This document shows positions 1 through 12,370 of a stretch of DNA of 64,000 bases, one piece after another. Position numbers and translations under genes: made by a program. Within the stretch, counting starts at the first letter, position 1; every line of letters starts with the position of its first letter. The DNA is from Antechinus flavipes (Eukaryota): assembly GCF_016432865.1 (NCBI RefSeq), contig NC_067403.1, forward strand, positions 196,912,001-196,976,000, read 5' to 3'. The notes beneath the pieces were generated by a model. The model saw only the letters and a program-made list of their open reading frames with translations. It did no database searches and was not told where the DNA came from.

Positions 1-99
1 CTGGAATTCATTTGTGCAACTATCTCATTTTACATAGCACAACTGAGGCCCAGCAGAGGGAGATCACACTGCTAATTAGTGGCACTGGTAGGACGAAGT

Positions 100-836
100 C
101 CTCACCCTTGTGTTTTTTTCAGTAAATTTTTATTGATATCTTTTTTCTACAATACTAGAATTTTCCCCAGTATTCCTTTGCTTCCTAGAGAGCCTTCATA
201 TACCAAAAGGAAAAAGAAGACAATTTATTTTAAAAATAAAAAAAAAAAGGAAGAAAAGGAAAAAAAAAAACAGCAAAGCTAATCAAGAGATTTTTTAAAA
301 ATCTGCAAATATATACACTGTTCCCAACCTCCCACCTCTGCAGAGGAGTTAGGAGAAGCACGTTTTGTCCCATTTCTTTTTGGGGGGTCATGTTTGTTCT
401 TTTTATTTTTAATTAATTTTTGTTGACATATTTTGTTTTTTACATAACCAGATTCTCCTGGTATCTCTCTCTCCCCATTCCCAAGAAAATATTCCATAGA
501 ACAGATATTTTTAAGGATAAAAAAAAGAAGAGGAAAAAAAATCCATAAAACTGATTGAATAGATTTTTCAACATACCACATTCATGGGCCTTCCACCTCT
601 GCAAAAGAGTGGGACAAGAGTAGCTTTTCATTCCTCTCATCTGGCATCATGCTTGTTCTTTGCAATTTTGCAACATATTCTTTTGATCATTTTGTGATTG
701 TTCTTTCTATGTACATTGTTGTGAGCATTTTGCATTTTGTTTTCTGGGCTCTACTTCACTCTGTATCAGTTTTTCTAAGTCCTTTCATCTTTCTCTGTAT
801 TCGTCATATTTGTTTCTTACAGCACACTTAATTTTT
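100..836 (-). mobile_element. Old L1 3' fragment; continues past the tandem array to about 2260
   Basis: T-rich start followed by degenerate L1 3'/ORF2-end motifs (cttcactctgtatcagt, tttcttacagcac), matching better-preserved L1 copies elsewhere in the window. Confidence 0.6.
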
Positions 837-2205
837 CGTTACATTCATGTACCAAAATTTGTTGATTTGCTCCCCAATCAGTGAGCGTCTATATCAATTT
901 TTCATTACATTCATGTACCGAAATTTGTTGATTTCTTCCCCAACCAGTGGGCATCTATATCAATTTTTCATTACATTCATGTACCAAAATTTGTTGATTT
1001 CCTCCCAAACCAGTGGGCATCTATATCAATTTTTCATTTCATTCATGGACCAAAATTTGTTGATTTGCTCCCTAACCAGTGGGCGTCTATATCAATTTTT
1101 CATTACATTCATGTACCGAAATTTGTTGATTTCTTCCCCAACCAGTGGGCATCTATATCAATTTTTCATTACACTCATGTACCAAAATTTGTTGATTTCC
1201 TCCCAAACCAGTGGGCATCTATATCAATTTTTCATTTCATTCATGGACCAAAATTTGTTGATTTGCTCCCTAACCAGTGGGCGTCTATATCAATTTTTCA
1301 TTACATTCATGTACCGAAATTTGTTGATTTCTTCCCCAACCAGTGGGCATCTATATCAATTTTTCATTACATTCATGTACCAAAATTTGTTGATTTCCTC
1401 CAAAACCAGTGGGCGTCTATATCAATTTTTCATTTCATTCATGTACCAAAATTTGTTGATTTCCTCCAAAACCAGTGGGCGTCTATATCAATTTTTCATT
1501 TCATTCATGTACCAAAATTTGTTGATTTCCTCCCAAACCAGTGGGCATCTATATTAATTTTTCATTACATTCATGTACCGAAATTTGTTGATTTCTTCCC
1601 CAACCAGTGGGCGTCTATATCAATTTTTCATTACATTCATGTACCAAAATTTGTTGATTTCCTCCCAAACCAGTGAGCATCTATATCAATTTTTCATTTC
1701 ATTCATGTACCGAAATTTGTTGATTTCTTCCCCAACCAGTGGGCGTCTATATCAATTTTTCATTACATTCATGTACCAAAATTTGTTGATTTCCTCCCAA
1801 ACCAGTGGGCGTCTATATCAATTTTTCATTACATTCATGTACCAAAATTTGTTGATTTCCTCCCAAACCAGTGAGCATCTATATCAATTTTTCATTTCAT
1901 TCATGTACCGAAATTTGTTGATTTCTTCCCCAACCAGTGGGCGTCTATATCAATTTTTCATTACATTCATGTACCAAAATTTGTTGATTTCCTCCCAAAC
2001 CAGTGAGCATCTATATCAATTTTTCATTTCATTCATGTACCAAAATTTGTTGATTTCCTCCCAAACCAGTGGGCGTCTATATCAATTTTTCATTTCATTC
2101 ATGTACCAAAATTTGTTGATTTGCTCCCTAACCAGTGGGCATCTATATTAATTTTTCATTACATTCATGAACCAAAATTTGTTTATTTGCTCCTCAATCA
2201 ATGGG
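837..2205. repeat. 66-bp minisatellite, 21 copies
   Basis: The (a/t)cattcatg motif recurs every 66 bp from 841 to 2161. Unit is approximately ttacattcatgtaccaaaatttgttgatttcctcccaaaccagtgggcatctatatcaatttttca. Confidence 0.97.
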
Positions 2206-2289
2206 CATCTATATTGTTTTTAATTCTTTGGTGCCACAAATGCTGCTGTATTTGAATGTATATAGGGAGTCCCTACTCCATTACCTCTG

Positions 2290-2490
2290 GAAGCGGCTAG
2301 GTGGCGCAGTGAATAGACTTCAGAAAGACCTGAATTCAAATCCAGCCTCAAACACTTTCTATCCATGTGAACCTGGGCAAATTACTTAATCCTTTTTGTT
2401 TCAATTTCATCATCTGTGTAATGAACTAGAGAAGGAAATCCTCAAAATAGAATTATAAAGAGTTGCAACTGACTGAACAGTACAACAATC
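2290..2490 (+). mobile_element. MAR1/MIR-family CORE SINE
   Basis: tRNA-like head gcggctaggtggcgcagtgaatag, B-box gaattcaaatcc, CORE segment and a gagaaggaaat tail. Confidence 0.75.
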
Positions 2491-2529
2491 TCCCTTAATA
2501 TTAGTGTCTTTGCTCTGACCAGTATATAT

Positions 2530-2700
2530 TATTTGTAAAAAGTTGCCTGTATGTAGTCTCTCCCATTTAAGACTACAAGGTCCTTAGAGAACAGAAACTT
2601 TTTCCTTTCTTTGCATCCCCATTCCTTAGCACATTGACTGGCACATAGTAGGTGTTTAACAAATTCCACATAGTAGGTGCTTAATAAATACTTGTCAACT
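2530..2700 (+). mobile_element. L2 3' end
   Basis: ttagcacattgactggcacatagtaggtg...ttaataaata, with a local duplication of about 25 bp. Confidence 0.65.
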
Positions 2701-4129
2701 GACTTCAAACCTAATGCTTTTTTCTACCATACCATGTCTCCCCTTCTGTCTGTTCTCGATAGATCACAAGGTCTTCTTCTACTCTAAAATGTTATTTTGC
2801 AAATAGGGAGGACACAGCTAAAGTTTATTTGAACCAAAGTGAAATAGGTGGTGGGCAGAAGGGTGAAATGGTGAAAGTAGGACATTTTGGGTAGAGTTAG
2901 AAAAACTGAAAGGAGAGGAGAAAGATAAAAGAAAGGCAGACAAGGAGAGAGAGAGAGACAGAAACAGATACGGCAAACAGATAGGGCAAGAGAATCCCTG
3001 AAACTGAATGGGATTGTCAGAGATCCCAGAGACAGGATTACTGCGATACCAAAGCCTGGATCTATTTGCCTCCAGGTCCTTTCTATTTTAGAGATTGTAC
3101 GACCCTTTGATTTTATGGAGCTGGTCACCTACCAAGGCAGTCCACCTACTTTTGGACAATTCTTACGATTAAGAAGCTCTTCCCTAGATTAAGCCCAAAA
3201 TCTTTTCCTGAAACTTTATCACCCTCACCCCTCCTCCCCCACCCCATCTCCTAATCCCATTACTCCTAATTCTGCCTTCTGTAGTCATCTTTGATTCTTC
3301 TTCCTCTTGACAATCCTTTGAATACCTGAAGACAATAGTCATGTTGCCCTTTCTCTCTGTGAACAAGTTTGCCTTCATTTATTCATTTAATTCTTTCATA
3401 ATCAAAGAAAGGAAGGAGAGGGCAAGAGAAGTGTGAGGGGAGATGGGAAGATGGGGAAGAAGATTGAGGGAAGATAGGATGGATGATTAACCAATAGATT
3501 CATACATAAACACAAAGAATGGAGAGGCAGAGAGGGGCAAAGAGAGAAGAAAAGAAGCTGGGACTAGAGCATGAGTATCTGGGCCCGATAACTGTGGAAA
3601 TAGACCTATCCCCTTTCCAGAGCTCAATACCTTCCCTGGAACAATAGCAGGAAGCTGTCCCTGGGATAAGCAGGCAGCACATGGCTAAGCCCCCCAGAAT
3701 GTTCGCCTTTGGCCTGCTGAAAAGTGGCCACTGTTACCAGCGCCCCTCCTGTGCAGGTCCCGCTCACTAGAACATGGAGAAAAATAAAAAAGGCCAAACT
3801 ACTCATCAGCAAGAAGCAGCCAGCCCTGTAAGCTAGCATCTACTCACTCATCTGTCTACTCATCCAAAAAGGCATTTGTTATATCTCTAGATTCTGGAGA
3901 AACAAAAATAAAATCCAATTACAATTCTTGCCCTCAAGTTCTTCTCCTCACATCTCACTGCCAGTCCATTTCCCAACTGGTCAGGAAACCTTTGCAAGAG
4001 AGAGCATGGGCTTGGTCCCTCTTTTGGGGGGATTGGCTATGAGCCCTGGTCCCGAAGAAGTCTCCCTTCCATAGACTGATTCCGACAGGGTTAGAGAGGG
4101 CCAAAGTCTCAGGGATCTGGGAAAGTCAT

Positions 4130-4580
4130 AATAATCCTAACTAGCATTTATAGAGGTTTAAAATACTTTATACACGTAGTATCCCATTTGATCTTTACCA
4201 TAACCCTGGGAAGTGGGTGCTTTTATTATTCCTGTAGGGCAAGAAAGCTGAATGATTGACCCAAGTCACATATCTGTTAAGTGTTTGAGGCAAGCTGACC
4301 CCAGCTGCCCACTGGCTGCCTCATCTTCATGGCCCTACCGTCACCATTGTACATTTACATAGCACCTCCTGTATTCCAGGAACTTTATACATCTCTCATT
4401 TTATCCTCCCAACAGCCCTGGGAGGTAGGTATTACTATTATCACCCCTGTTTTACAGATGAGAAAACTGAGGTAATTTGCCCAGGGCTGCACAATAGCAA
4501 GCATCCAAATCTGGATTTGAACTCAGGCCTTTCTGATTCGAGCAGAAATGCTTTGTCCGCTGTGCCACCTAATTACTTGA
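4130..4580 (-). mobile_element. Two adjacent MIR copies
   Basis: ccctgggaggtaggt...tttacagatgagaaaactgag...ggatttgaactcagg motifs, present in full at 4370-4580 and partially at 4130-4320. Confidence 0.65.
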
Positions 4581-4659
4581 TCTTCCTTCCCTTCCTAATT
4601 TCCTCCCTATTCCAGGTCCTTAGACTTAAGGATCTTCTCTATGACTCTCTCCAATAACT

Positions 4660-4844
4660 CAGGGGTCCTCAAACTACGGCCAGCGGGCCAGATGCAGCAG
4701 CTGAGGATGTTTATCCCCCTCACCCAGGGTTATGAAGTTTATTTAAAGGCCAAAAACAAAGTTTTTGTTTTTACTATAGTCCGGCCCTCCAACAGTCTGA
4801 GGGACAGTGAACTGGCCCCTTTTTAAAAAGTCTGAGGACTCCTG
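4660..4844 (+). mobile_element. OposCharlie1 (OC1)-type hAT MITE
   Basis: TIRs CAGGGGTCCTCAAACT ... AGTCTGAGGACTCCTG; internal tatagtccggccctccaacagtctgagggacagtgaactggcccc. A second copy lies at 49519. No clean 8-bp TSD. Confidence 0.8.
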
Positions 4845-4859
4845 CTTAGTGCAAGATTT

Positions 4860-4960
4860 ATTAGTAAATTCCTTAAGGACAGAGACTGTCCTTTTTATAT
4901 TCCTTGTACTTAGTACACTGTTTGGCACATAGTAGGTGCTTAATAGATGCTTTTTGATTA
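4860..4960 (+). mobile_element. L2 3' end
   Basis: ggacagagactgtc...ggcacatagtaggtgcttaatagatgc. Confidence 0.65.
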
Positions 4961-6164
4961 ATTCAGTTCAACTTATATTTTATTTTTTTTAAAGTTGTTA
5001 AACATTTTTACTTGTAGAAAGAAAAAAGAAAACTCATCAACTTATATTTTAAAGAAAATGTTATTGATATTTTCTTTTGTCACACTTCCCAAACAACCCT
5101 TGGGGACCCTTACTCCCCAAACAGGAAAATAAAATGGCCTTTCCATTTTTGCAGTTAGCAGAAGGGAAATGCAGTAACTAGGTCTATACAATTTCTGAGC
5201 CCTCTGGTTTTGGGGCCCCGTGGTACCTCTATTAAGTTCACATGTGTTGTTTGAGGTAATTAATAGGCAAATAATGAACCAAGCACCCTGTGATGTGCTG
5301 TTCTTCCTTACAAGACCAAGCAAAAGCCGGCAATCAAATAAATAGCAAGAACATTTAATTAAGACATAAAAGCAACATAAATAGTAAGAGGGAATTGAAT
5401 AGTTAAATCATTCTCTTTCGTCATGCAGGTACAAAATGGGTACCATCCCTCATAAACTTCCTGCCCATTAATTCTCTCATGCACCTACTACCTTTGCCAG
5501 CATCAAAGCTTGGGGTTCACTGCTGTTTGCCTCATCAGTTTCCCTAGATATCTCCCACAGGCTGGAGAAATCCTAAAGTCTTGGGAGAGGGCTAGACCCT
5601 GGTTTTCAGAGTCATCACAATGTTTCTGAGGTTCCTTATTTGGGGGATGCCAAGCTCTATCTGGCTCCCCCTCTGTCCTCTTGTTCCTCCATCTCTTTTT
5701 GCTCCCATGGATCTCTCCTCATAGTTTTTCTCTCTTTTTAAAAAAATCCATTTTTTTTTTCTATTTTTCCAAGAGGGGTAGCTAGTAAGTAGCCCAGAAA
5801 ATAGTGCAGAAGACATGGACTGAGGAAGATCTGAGTTCAAAATTAACCTCAGGCACTTACTAATTGGACTTACCCTGTTATAGAAAAAAGTATACTTTAA
5901 CATCCATAGCTTGGTACCAAATTCATCCTTTGTCTTGGATATGAATTTTGTGGTCTTTCACTTATCTCTCTCAGTTCTTACTATTGGCAGTTCCTTATAA
6001 TGCAGTAGTGTCTTATTCCTAAATGATATTTTGTTTGGCCATTCCCAAACCACTGAGCACTCATTCTGTTTCCATCTTTTTTTTTTTTTTTAAAGACAAA
6101 TAATGCCTTCATGAATCTTTTTTTGTATAATCTCTGTTCCAAAGATGGTGTGATGAAAAGAGTC

Positions 6165-7275
6165 CAGCTTCTTGACCCCATATGGGATCTTTTTTTTTTT
6201 TTAAATAATAGCTTTTTATAGTCAAAATATATGCAAAGATACTTTTCAACATTCACTCTTGCAAAACCTTGTATTTCAAATGTTTTCTCCCTTCCTTCCT
6301 TCCACCTTCTCTCCTGGACAGCAAGTAATCCAATATATGTTAAATATGTGAAATTCTTCTCTACAAATTTCCACAATTAGCATGCTAAACAAGAAAAATC
6401 AGATCAAAAATGAAAAAAAAAATGAGAAAAAACAAAAAACAAGCAACAACAAAAACAGTGAAAATACTAGCTTGTGATCCACATTGAGTCTCCATAGTCC
6501 CCTAATCAGCCTGAATCACCTCATTGTTGAAAAAAGCCAAGTCTATCACAGTTGATCATCTCATAACCTTGTTGTTGCTGTGTACAATATTCTCTTGATT
6601 CTTCTCCCTTCACTCATCATCAATCCCTGTAAGTCTCTCCAGGCCTCTCTGAAATCATCCTGCTGGTCATTTCTTACAGAACAATAAAATTCCATAATAT
6701 TCATTTACCATAACTTATTCAGCCATTCTCCAATTGATGGGCGTCCACTCAGTTTCTAGTTTCTGGCCACTACAAAAAGGGCTGCCACAAACATTTTTTG
6801 CACAGATGGGCCCTTTTCCCTTCTTTAAGATCTCTTTGGGAAATAATCCCAGTAGAAACACTGCTGAGTCAAATGGTAAGCACAGTTTTATAGCCCTTTG
6901 AGCACAGTTCCAAATCGCTCTCCAGAATGGATGGATGTGTTCACAATTCCACCAACAATATATCAGTGCCCCCAGTTTTCCCACATCCCCTCCAACATTC
7001 ATCATTATTTTTCCCTGTCATTCTAGCCAATCTGAGAGGTGTGTAGTGGTAGCTCAGAGTTGTCTTAATTTTCATTTCTCTAGTCAATAGTGACTTAGAG
7101 CATTTTTTTCATCAGATGGGATCTTGAAACTAAATGTGGGGATTACAAAACGATGATTTATCATTAGTAAACATTTGATTGTATACCTATTTTATATGCC
7201 TATATACCTGGAGTTATGTAAAAATTTCTCAGATGAAAAAGGGCCATGAGTGGGAAAAGTTTAAGAAGCTCTGGG
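6165..7275. mobile_element. hAT-like MITE remnant split by an L1 insertion
   Basis: Left piece ccagcttcttgaccccatatgggatc rejoins right piece tgaaactaaatgtgggg...tttaagaagctctgg once the L1 and one TSD copy are removed. The ends are inverted (ccagcttctt / aagaagctctgg). Confidence 0.55.
6192..7115 (-). mobile_element. 5'-truncated L1 with 10-bp TSD
   Basis: Poly-T plus marsupial L1 3' UTR and ORF2 C-terminus (ORF 6715-7005 is an ORF2 remnant). TSD atgggatctt at 6182-6191 and 7116-7125. Confidence 0.92.
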
Positions 7276-7279
7276 ATAG

Positions 7280-7490
7280 AGCACAGAGTCAGGATATGGC
7301 CTTAGACACATCCTACTCATGTGACCCTGAGCAAAGGATCTAAACTTCTATCTCCCTCGGATTCCCCAACTGTAAAATGGGGATAATTAGTCACATTTAC
7401 CTCCTAGGATTGTTTTGAGGATCCAACGAGAAGTTCCTATAGTGTTTTTCAAACCTGAAAGTACCATGTAAAGTGGTAGCTATTATGTTT
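7280..7490 (+). mobile_element. MIR
   Basis: gtgaccctgagcaaa...ctgtaaaatggggataat...ggattgttttgagg. Confidence 0.6.
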
Positions 7491-7869
7491 TATCACAATA
7501 GAATGTAGTAAGTTCATTGGATAACGAGATTTCATTGTTTTTCATCATACCACATGTGACATAGAGACCCCTATACACATGCATGTACCTAATCAAGCAT
7601 TTGATAGACGTTTGTTAAAATGAAATACCCACACATGCATACGTGCTCCTGAAGGAGTGACCTTTCAAACCCTCAGACCTCACACGGGATTCTTGTTTGC
7701 CTTTCTTCCTAACATATTTATGATATGATGTTGTATATCCGAGTAACCTGTTTATATCTTTTTCCTTTACCAGACTGAACTCCACAAGATCAGAGACCCT
7801 GTCTTACAGCCTTTGTACACGATTGCTTAATAACTACATGTTCAAATATTCAGGAAAATACCAATTAAA

Positions 7870-8100
7870 AGAACCCTGAGGGTCCTATTATATTCATGAA
7901 ATTGCTAAAAATGAGGGGAAATGGAAATGCTCAGTGTGGGTGAGATTGTGGGAAGATAGGCACACTGAATGTTGCTGAAACTGAAGCGGTTTGATCTTTT
8001 TTCCAAAACAATTCAGAATTACGCAGGAGAAATTGTCAGATTGTTCATTCTCTTTGATTCAACAATTACATGACTCAGTGTATAACCCCACAAGGAGCTT
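7870..8100 (+). mobile_element. Degenerate L1 ORF2-end fragment
   Basis: Resembles the reverse complement of the 6700-7000 L1 segment (caattcagaattacgc...ctctttgattcaacaatt). Confidence 0.45.
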
Positions 8101-8559
8101 AATGGACGTCAGAAAGGACTCATCTGGATGGATGTAACCCTTCTTCCAAAGCCTGCTAGAATTCCAGTAGCAGAGAGGGACATGATGGAGATGGCTCACT
8201 CCAATCCTGTCTTCCCAGTTTTTCCTTCAGCTTCTGCCATCTTTTCTCTTGAAACTGAAATCTAGAAGCACCCCAGTGAGGAGTCCTCAAAAGGGAACTG
8301 ATTGAGAACAGGTCTCTCCTCTTCCCCAAAGTACCCGAGGGTCCATACCTCTAAAATAAAGCAAGAGCTGCTGGAACAGATGAATTGGAAAGTATCTCCC
8401 AGCTCTAAACCTATAACTCTATAATCTTTCTAAATCTTCTTGGAAGACCTGAGACTGAAGAGTGATCCTTCCTCCTTTACTTCTCACTCTTGTACTACCT
8501 ATCTCATCAGCTGCTAAAGTTTATGGTTTCAATCTCTATCTCTCCTAGACATTGTGCCT

Positions 8560-8810
8560 TGGCAGCTGGTTGGTCTAGTGGATAGAGCACTGGATCTAGA
8601 GCCCCAAAAAACCCTCGGTCAAAGCTGGCCTCCGACACTTAACTAGTGAATCCTGGAGAAGTCATTTAACTTCTGTTTACTTCAGTTTCCTCATCTATAT
8701 AATAGCACTCACCTCTTAGGGCTGTTGCTAGGATTAGATGAGATAATATTTGTGAAGTGCTTTGTAAATCTCAAAGTGCCATATAAATTGTTGCTGTTAT
8801 CATTAGCCCT
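8560..8810 (+). mobile_element. MIR
   Basis: ggcagctggttggtctagtggatagagcactgg head, CORE segment and tttgtaaatctcaaagtgcc tail. Confidence 0.75.
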
Positions 8811-8829
8811 TCTCTCCTTGTTGAGTTCT

Positions 8830-9225
8830 GGAATATCTTAATGGCCTTTTAATTGACCTCCTTTGTCTGTTTCTTACCATTCTGATCCATCCCTCATTCA
8901 GCTTCCAAAGTGCTCATTTCAAGGCCTACATTTGACTATTTTATTCCCCAGCTCAATAACCTCTCTGGCTTTCAAAGTCTTCTGTTTAGAATTTAAAGCT
9001 CCCCACAATCTGGCCTCCAATGACCTTTGCAGTTTTATCACACTTTTCAGCTTTATCACACATTACTCCTTCCTCACATTCCAGCTCCATGTTCCTTGTG
9101 TACAATGCTCCACTTCTCATCTCCCTGCCTTTTATTGGCTGTCCTTTATGCTTATAATGAGTTTCTTCCTCACCTCAGCCTCTTGGAACCCCTAGATTCT
9201 TTCAAGCTTCGGCTCAAATGAAGGA
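8830..9225 (+). mobile_element. L2 fragment
   Basis: ctcaataacctctctggct...ctccccacaatctggcctcc...cctcttggaacccctag; typical L2 3' region. Confidence 0.65.
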
Positions 9226-9259
9226 CTTGGATTTAATGATCTGTAATGATTCTTCCATT

Positions 9260-9600
9260 TAGTCAGTCAGTAAACATTTATTAGGCACCTGTTGTCTTCC
9301 ACTATTGGGGATACAAAGAAAAGTAAGTCCCTTGCTTTGAAGGAATTTACTATATTTTAATGGGGGAGATATTATGCAGATAATGATGTTCAAACAATTG
9401 GAAATAATCCACAGAGGAAAGGCACCAGAATTTGGGGGGTTTGAGAAAGAAGATCATTGAAGGTGGGATTTTAGCCGGGTTTGAAAGAAAGCCAGGACGT
9501 AGAGATGAAAAGGGAGATTATTCAGGCATAGGGGACAGCCAGAGAAATTGTCTGTAATCAGGAGATGGAGTATCTCATTTGATACTCGGCCCAAGATCCT
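9260..9600 (-). mobile_element. L2 fragment
   Basis: agtcagtcagtaaacatttattaggcacct...attcaggcataggggacagccagaga. Confidence 0.7.
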
Positions 9601-11856
9601 ATCTCATTCTGAAAGACTTCCCTGACTAGCCTAGCCCACAATAAGTGTTCTCTTTAAAAAACAACCCCTACTTTTGCTCTGCTGGAGGTTAGCCCTGTCT
9701 TAAAGTAAGAAGTACTCTGCATTTGGAGTCAGACATACTCAGGACTACTGCTCCCCGGCTGGGTGAATAGAGAAAATCATCCCCATCAGCCAGAACCTCA
9801 TCCCTCTCGTTGGATTCTTCCAGACTCAGATCCCAAGGAAATTTGGGCCAATTTCAGCAATTGAATCCACCCTTAAAGGATGAAGATCTACCTCAAGGGA
9901 AGAGAGTCAAAGGAATGTGCTGCTGGCCCCGAAGGCCCTTCCCAGGGAGGAGCCAAGACTTGTTTTAGAATCTGGGAGCAGGCTGGGATAATCAGGAGAG
10001 GACTTTGAAGAGACCAGAACTCTCTTGGCTGCTTCAATTCTGGTCTGTGGGTTGGTTAAGCAACCAGTTTCGATTTACCTGATCTTCATACTTTGTGTAA
10101 TAGGGTGCTAATTTTGCAGGGATAATAGCTCATGTTTACCCAGTTCTTTGCAGTGACAAAGCACTTTGCATATATTATTATAATAATAGTAATCGCTCAC
10201 ATTAGCATGGCACTTCAGAGTTACCAAGCTCTATTCATGCATCGAAACAATGAAGTACAATGTGAGATTTGTCCCCGTTTCACAGATTAGGAAATCGAGT
10301 CTGGAAAAGCCTAAAATCAAGCCTTAAATCACAGGATTTTGAGTTGAGCACATAGTTCTGTTTATTTTAGAGAACAAACGAGAGTAACCAAAAACTCAAG
10401 AAGGGTTAAATGTCCCGTGCAAAGTCCCAAAGCAGAGCGAGTGACAGCTCCAGACCGCAGAATGTCAGAAGCTCAGATGCCCTGTGGTCCAGCCTATGTT
10501 GGGCAGGAAATCTCCCCCCACACACACCATCTCTACCACAACAATTATCCCTTCCCTGCACATGCCGGCCTACTCTCTCTTGAGTAGTTGAGAGCATTAA
10601 CTGTGAGTTGGAGCAACTGCCTCTCCTGCCTCCTCCTCAATCCAGTGGGCTGAACTCCAGGCTGAGTCATTCCATTGGTGGGAGTGGGGGCCGGGAAGGA
10701 CTGGGATGGATCACTTTTCTAGTTAAAAGGAGGCGTTTATTTACTTTTGTGTCCTAGCAAAATCCTGCCTCTGCTTAAATGCATTCTGCTGGGGAAGAGA
10801 TGTGACTGAGTCTCCAACTCACCAAGCTTTGGGTGGCCAACCGAGGCAGTAACCATGATCTGGGGGTCCCTCGACCCCAGTGAGAGACTCCTTGCCCAGA
10901 CAAACTGATCTAGCTCAGGGTCAGTTCATGACTCCTTGTTTTGGCCACGTGGAGAAGCTTTTGGGTGTGTACCCAGCCTGTGGGGACTCATGGAGGGATG
11001 TGGAGGAAATTGAAGTTGAGGGTTCGATGTGGGAAAGGGAGAAGGAGCTTTTGTGGATGGGGGAACTACTAGTCAGAGGGAGACAGGAAAATAACCCAGA
11101 CTCATGGATTGGTCCAGACTCGGGACTTATAACTCTAAGAACAGTTAAACCATATAAGAAAGTATGGTGAGGGCCAAGTTTAGCTTTATAGAAACCCAAA
11201 GCAAGGGAAGGTCGATGAGGGCTGAAATAGTGTGAACAGGATGGGGAAGGACAATCAGAGAGAATAGCTTACATCTGATTCTCACAAGGACTCTCGGAGG
11301 GAGGCAAGCAGAAATTAAGGGTCACACAGCAAGTATTTGAGGTCAGATTTGAACTCGGCATATGACATGTAGGCTACATTGATCTTAGTAATAACTCTGG
11401 GAAGCTGGATAACACCAGACTAGAATGATATTTGAGTAAAGGGCAGCAGGATGTAAATAGGGAATTTAGGAACATGTAAGCTAGAAATTACCCCGGAGAT
11501 GCTTTTTTTCTTGCCCAGGCTATGGAGAAAGCTGGGGGTTCACTTGTTGGTTTACTATATGGTTACTTTTAGTAAAGTACTACCAACCGGTCATAAATGG
11601 TACTTAGAATTTTAAGAGGGATGAATTGATTTGTTTTTATTTTATTCTATTTTTCTTAAACTGGGTCTTCTATAGATTTATTTTATATAACTCCAACTCA
11701 GCCCTTACAGCAATTCTTTTATACCTCCCTAATTGACTCATTCACCACAGAAACTTTTGAAAACTTTTCTTTATCCCTCCTCAAATCTCTCATGATTCCT
11801 TATCTACTCCACCAGCTGAGAACCTGGGCTTCATATTTAATATGAATATCTATATA

Positions 11857-12370
11857 TTCAACAATAGCTTTTTATTTTCCAAATATGTGCAAAAATGGTT
11901 TTCAACATTCATCTCCACAAAACCATGTGTTCCAAATCCCTCTCCCTCCCCTCTCTCCACCCCCTGTCCCAGACAACAAGCAATCCAATATATGTTAAAT
12001 GTGTGCACTTCTTCTATATAGAATATATTTTTTCTTTTTTTATTACAGCTTTTTATTTACAACCGAATATATTTTTTAAAGAAAAATATGAAGTCTTGAA
12101 TTCATCAATTCTCCACATGGAAGTGGTTAGTATTTTATCACAAGTCCTTTGGAATTGAGGTTGATCATTGTGTTGATCAGACTTTCTAAGTCTTTCAAAG
12201 TTTCTTCTCTTTACATTATTTCTTAATGCTGTATAAATTATTCTGCTAGTTCTGCTCGCTTCACTTTGCTCCACTTCACACAAGCTTTCCTGGGTTTCTC
12301 TGAAACAATCTGCTTCATTGTTTCTTATAGTGCAATAGTATTCCCTCATATTCACGCACCACAGCTTGTT
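11857..12370 (-). mobile_element. Composite L1 remnants: a younger 3' end and a 31-bp micro-insertion in an older L1
   Basis: L1 3' end at 11857-12012 with probable TSD tctatata (11849-11856 / 12013-12020); micro-insertion at 12034-12064; older L1 continues to about 12370. Confidence 0.75.

Noticed and set aside
847-2151. ORFs of 192-236 aa as a repeat-protein gene
   Set aside because: Fully explained by the stop-free 66-bp unit; no promoter or splice context, and the unit is antisense L1.
837-2205. CRISPR array
   Set aside because: Units are contiguous with no unique spacers, there are no cas genes, and the DNA is eukaryotic.
2290-2345. tRNA gene (A/B-box-like motifs; also at 19770, 54505 and others)
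   Set aside because: These are tRNA-derived SINE heads running into CORE sequence, with no cloverleaf.
3775-3833. MEKNKKGQTTHQQEAASP followed by gtaagc as a first coding exon
   Set aside because: Weak donor context and no compatible downstream exon found.
10370-10590. Acceptor plus 70-codon frame (EQTRVTK...LLSLE)
   Set aside because: No recognisable homology and no partner exons; this level of signal is expected by chance.
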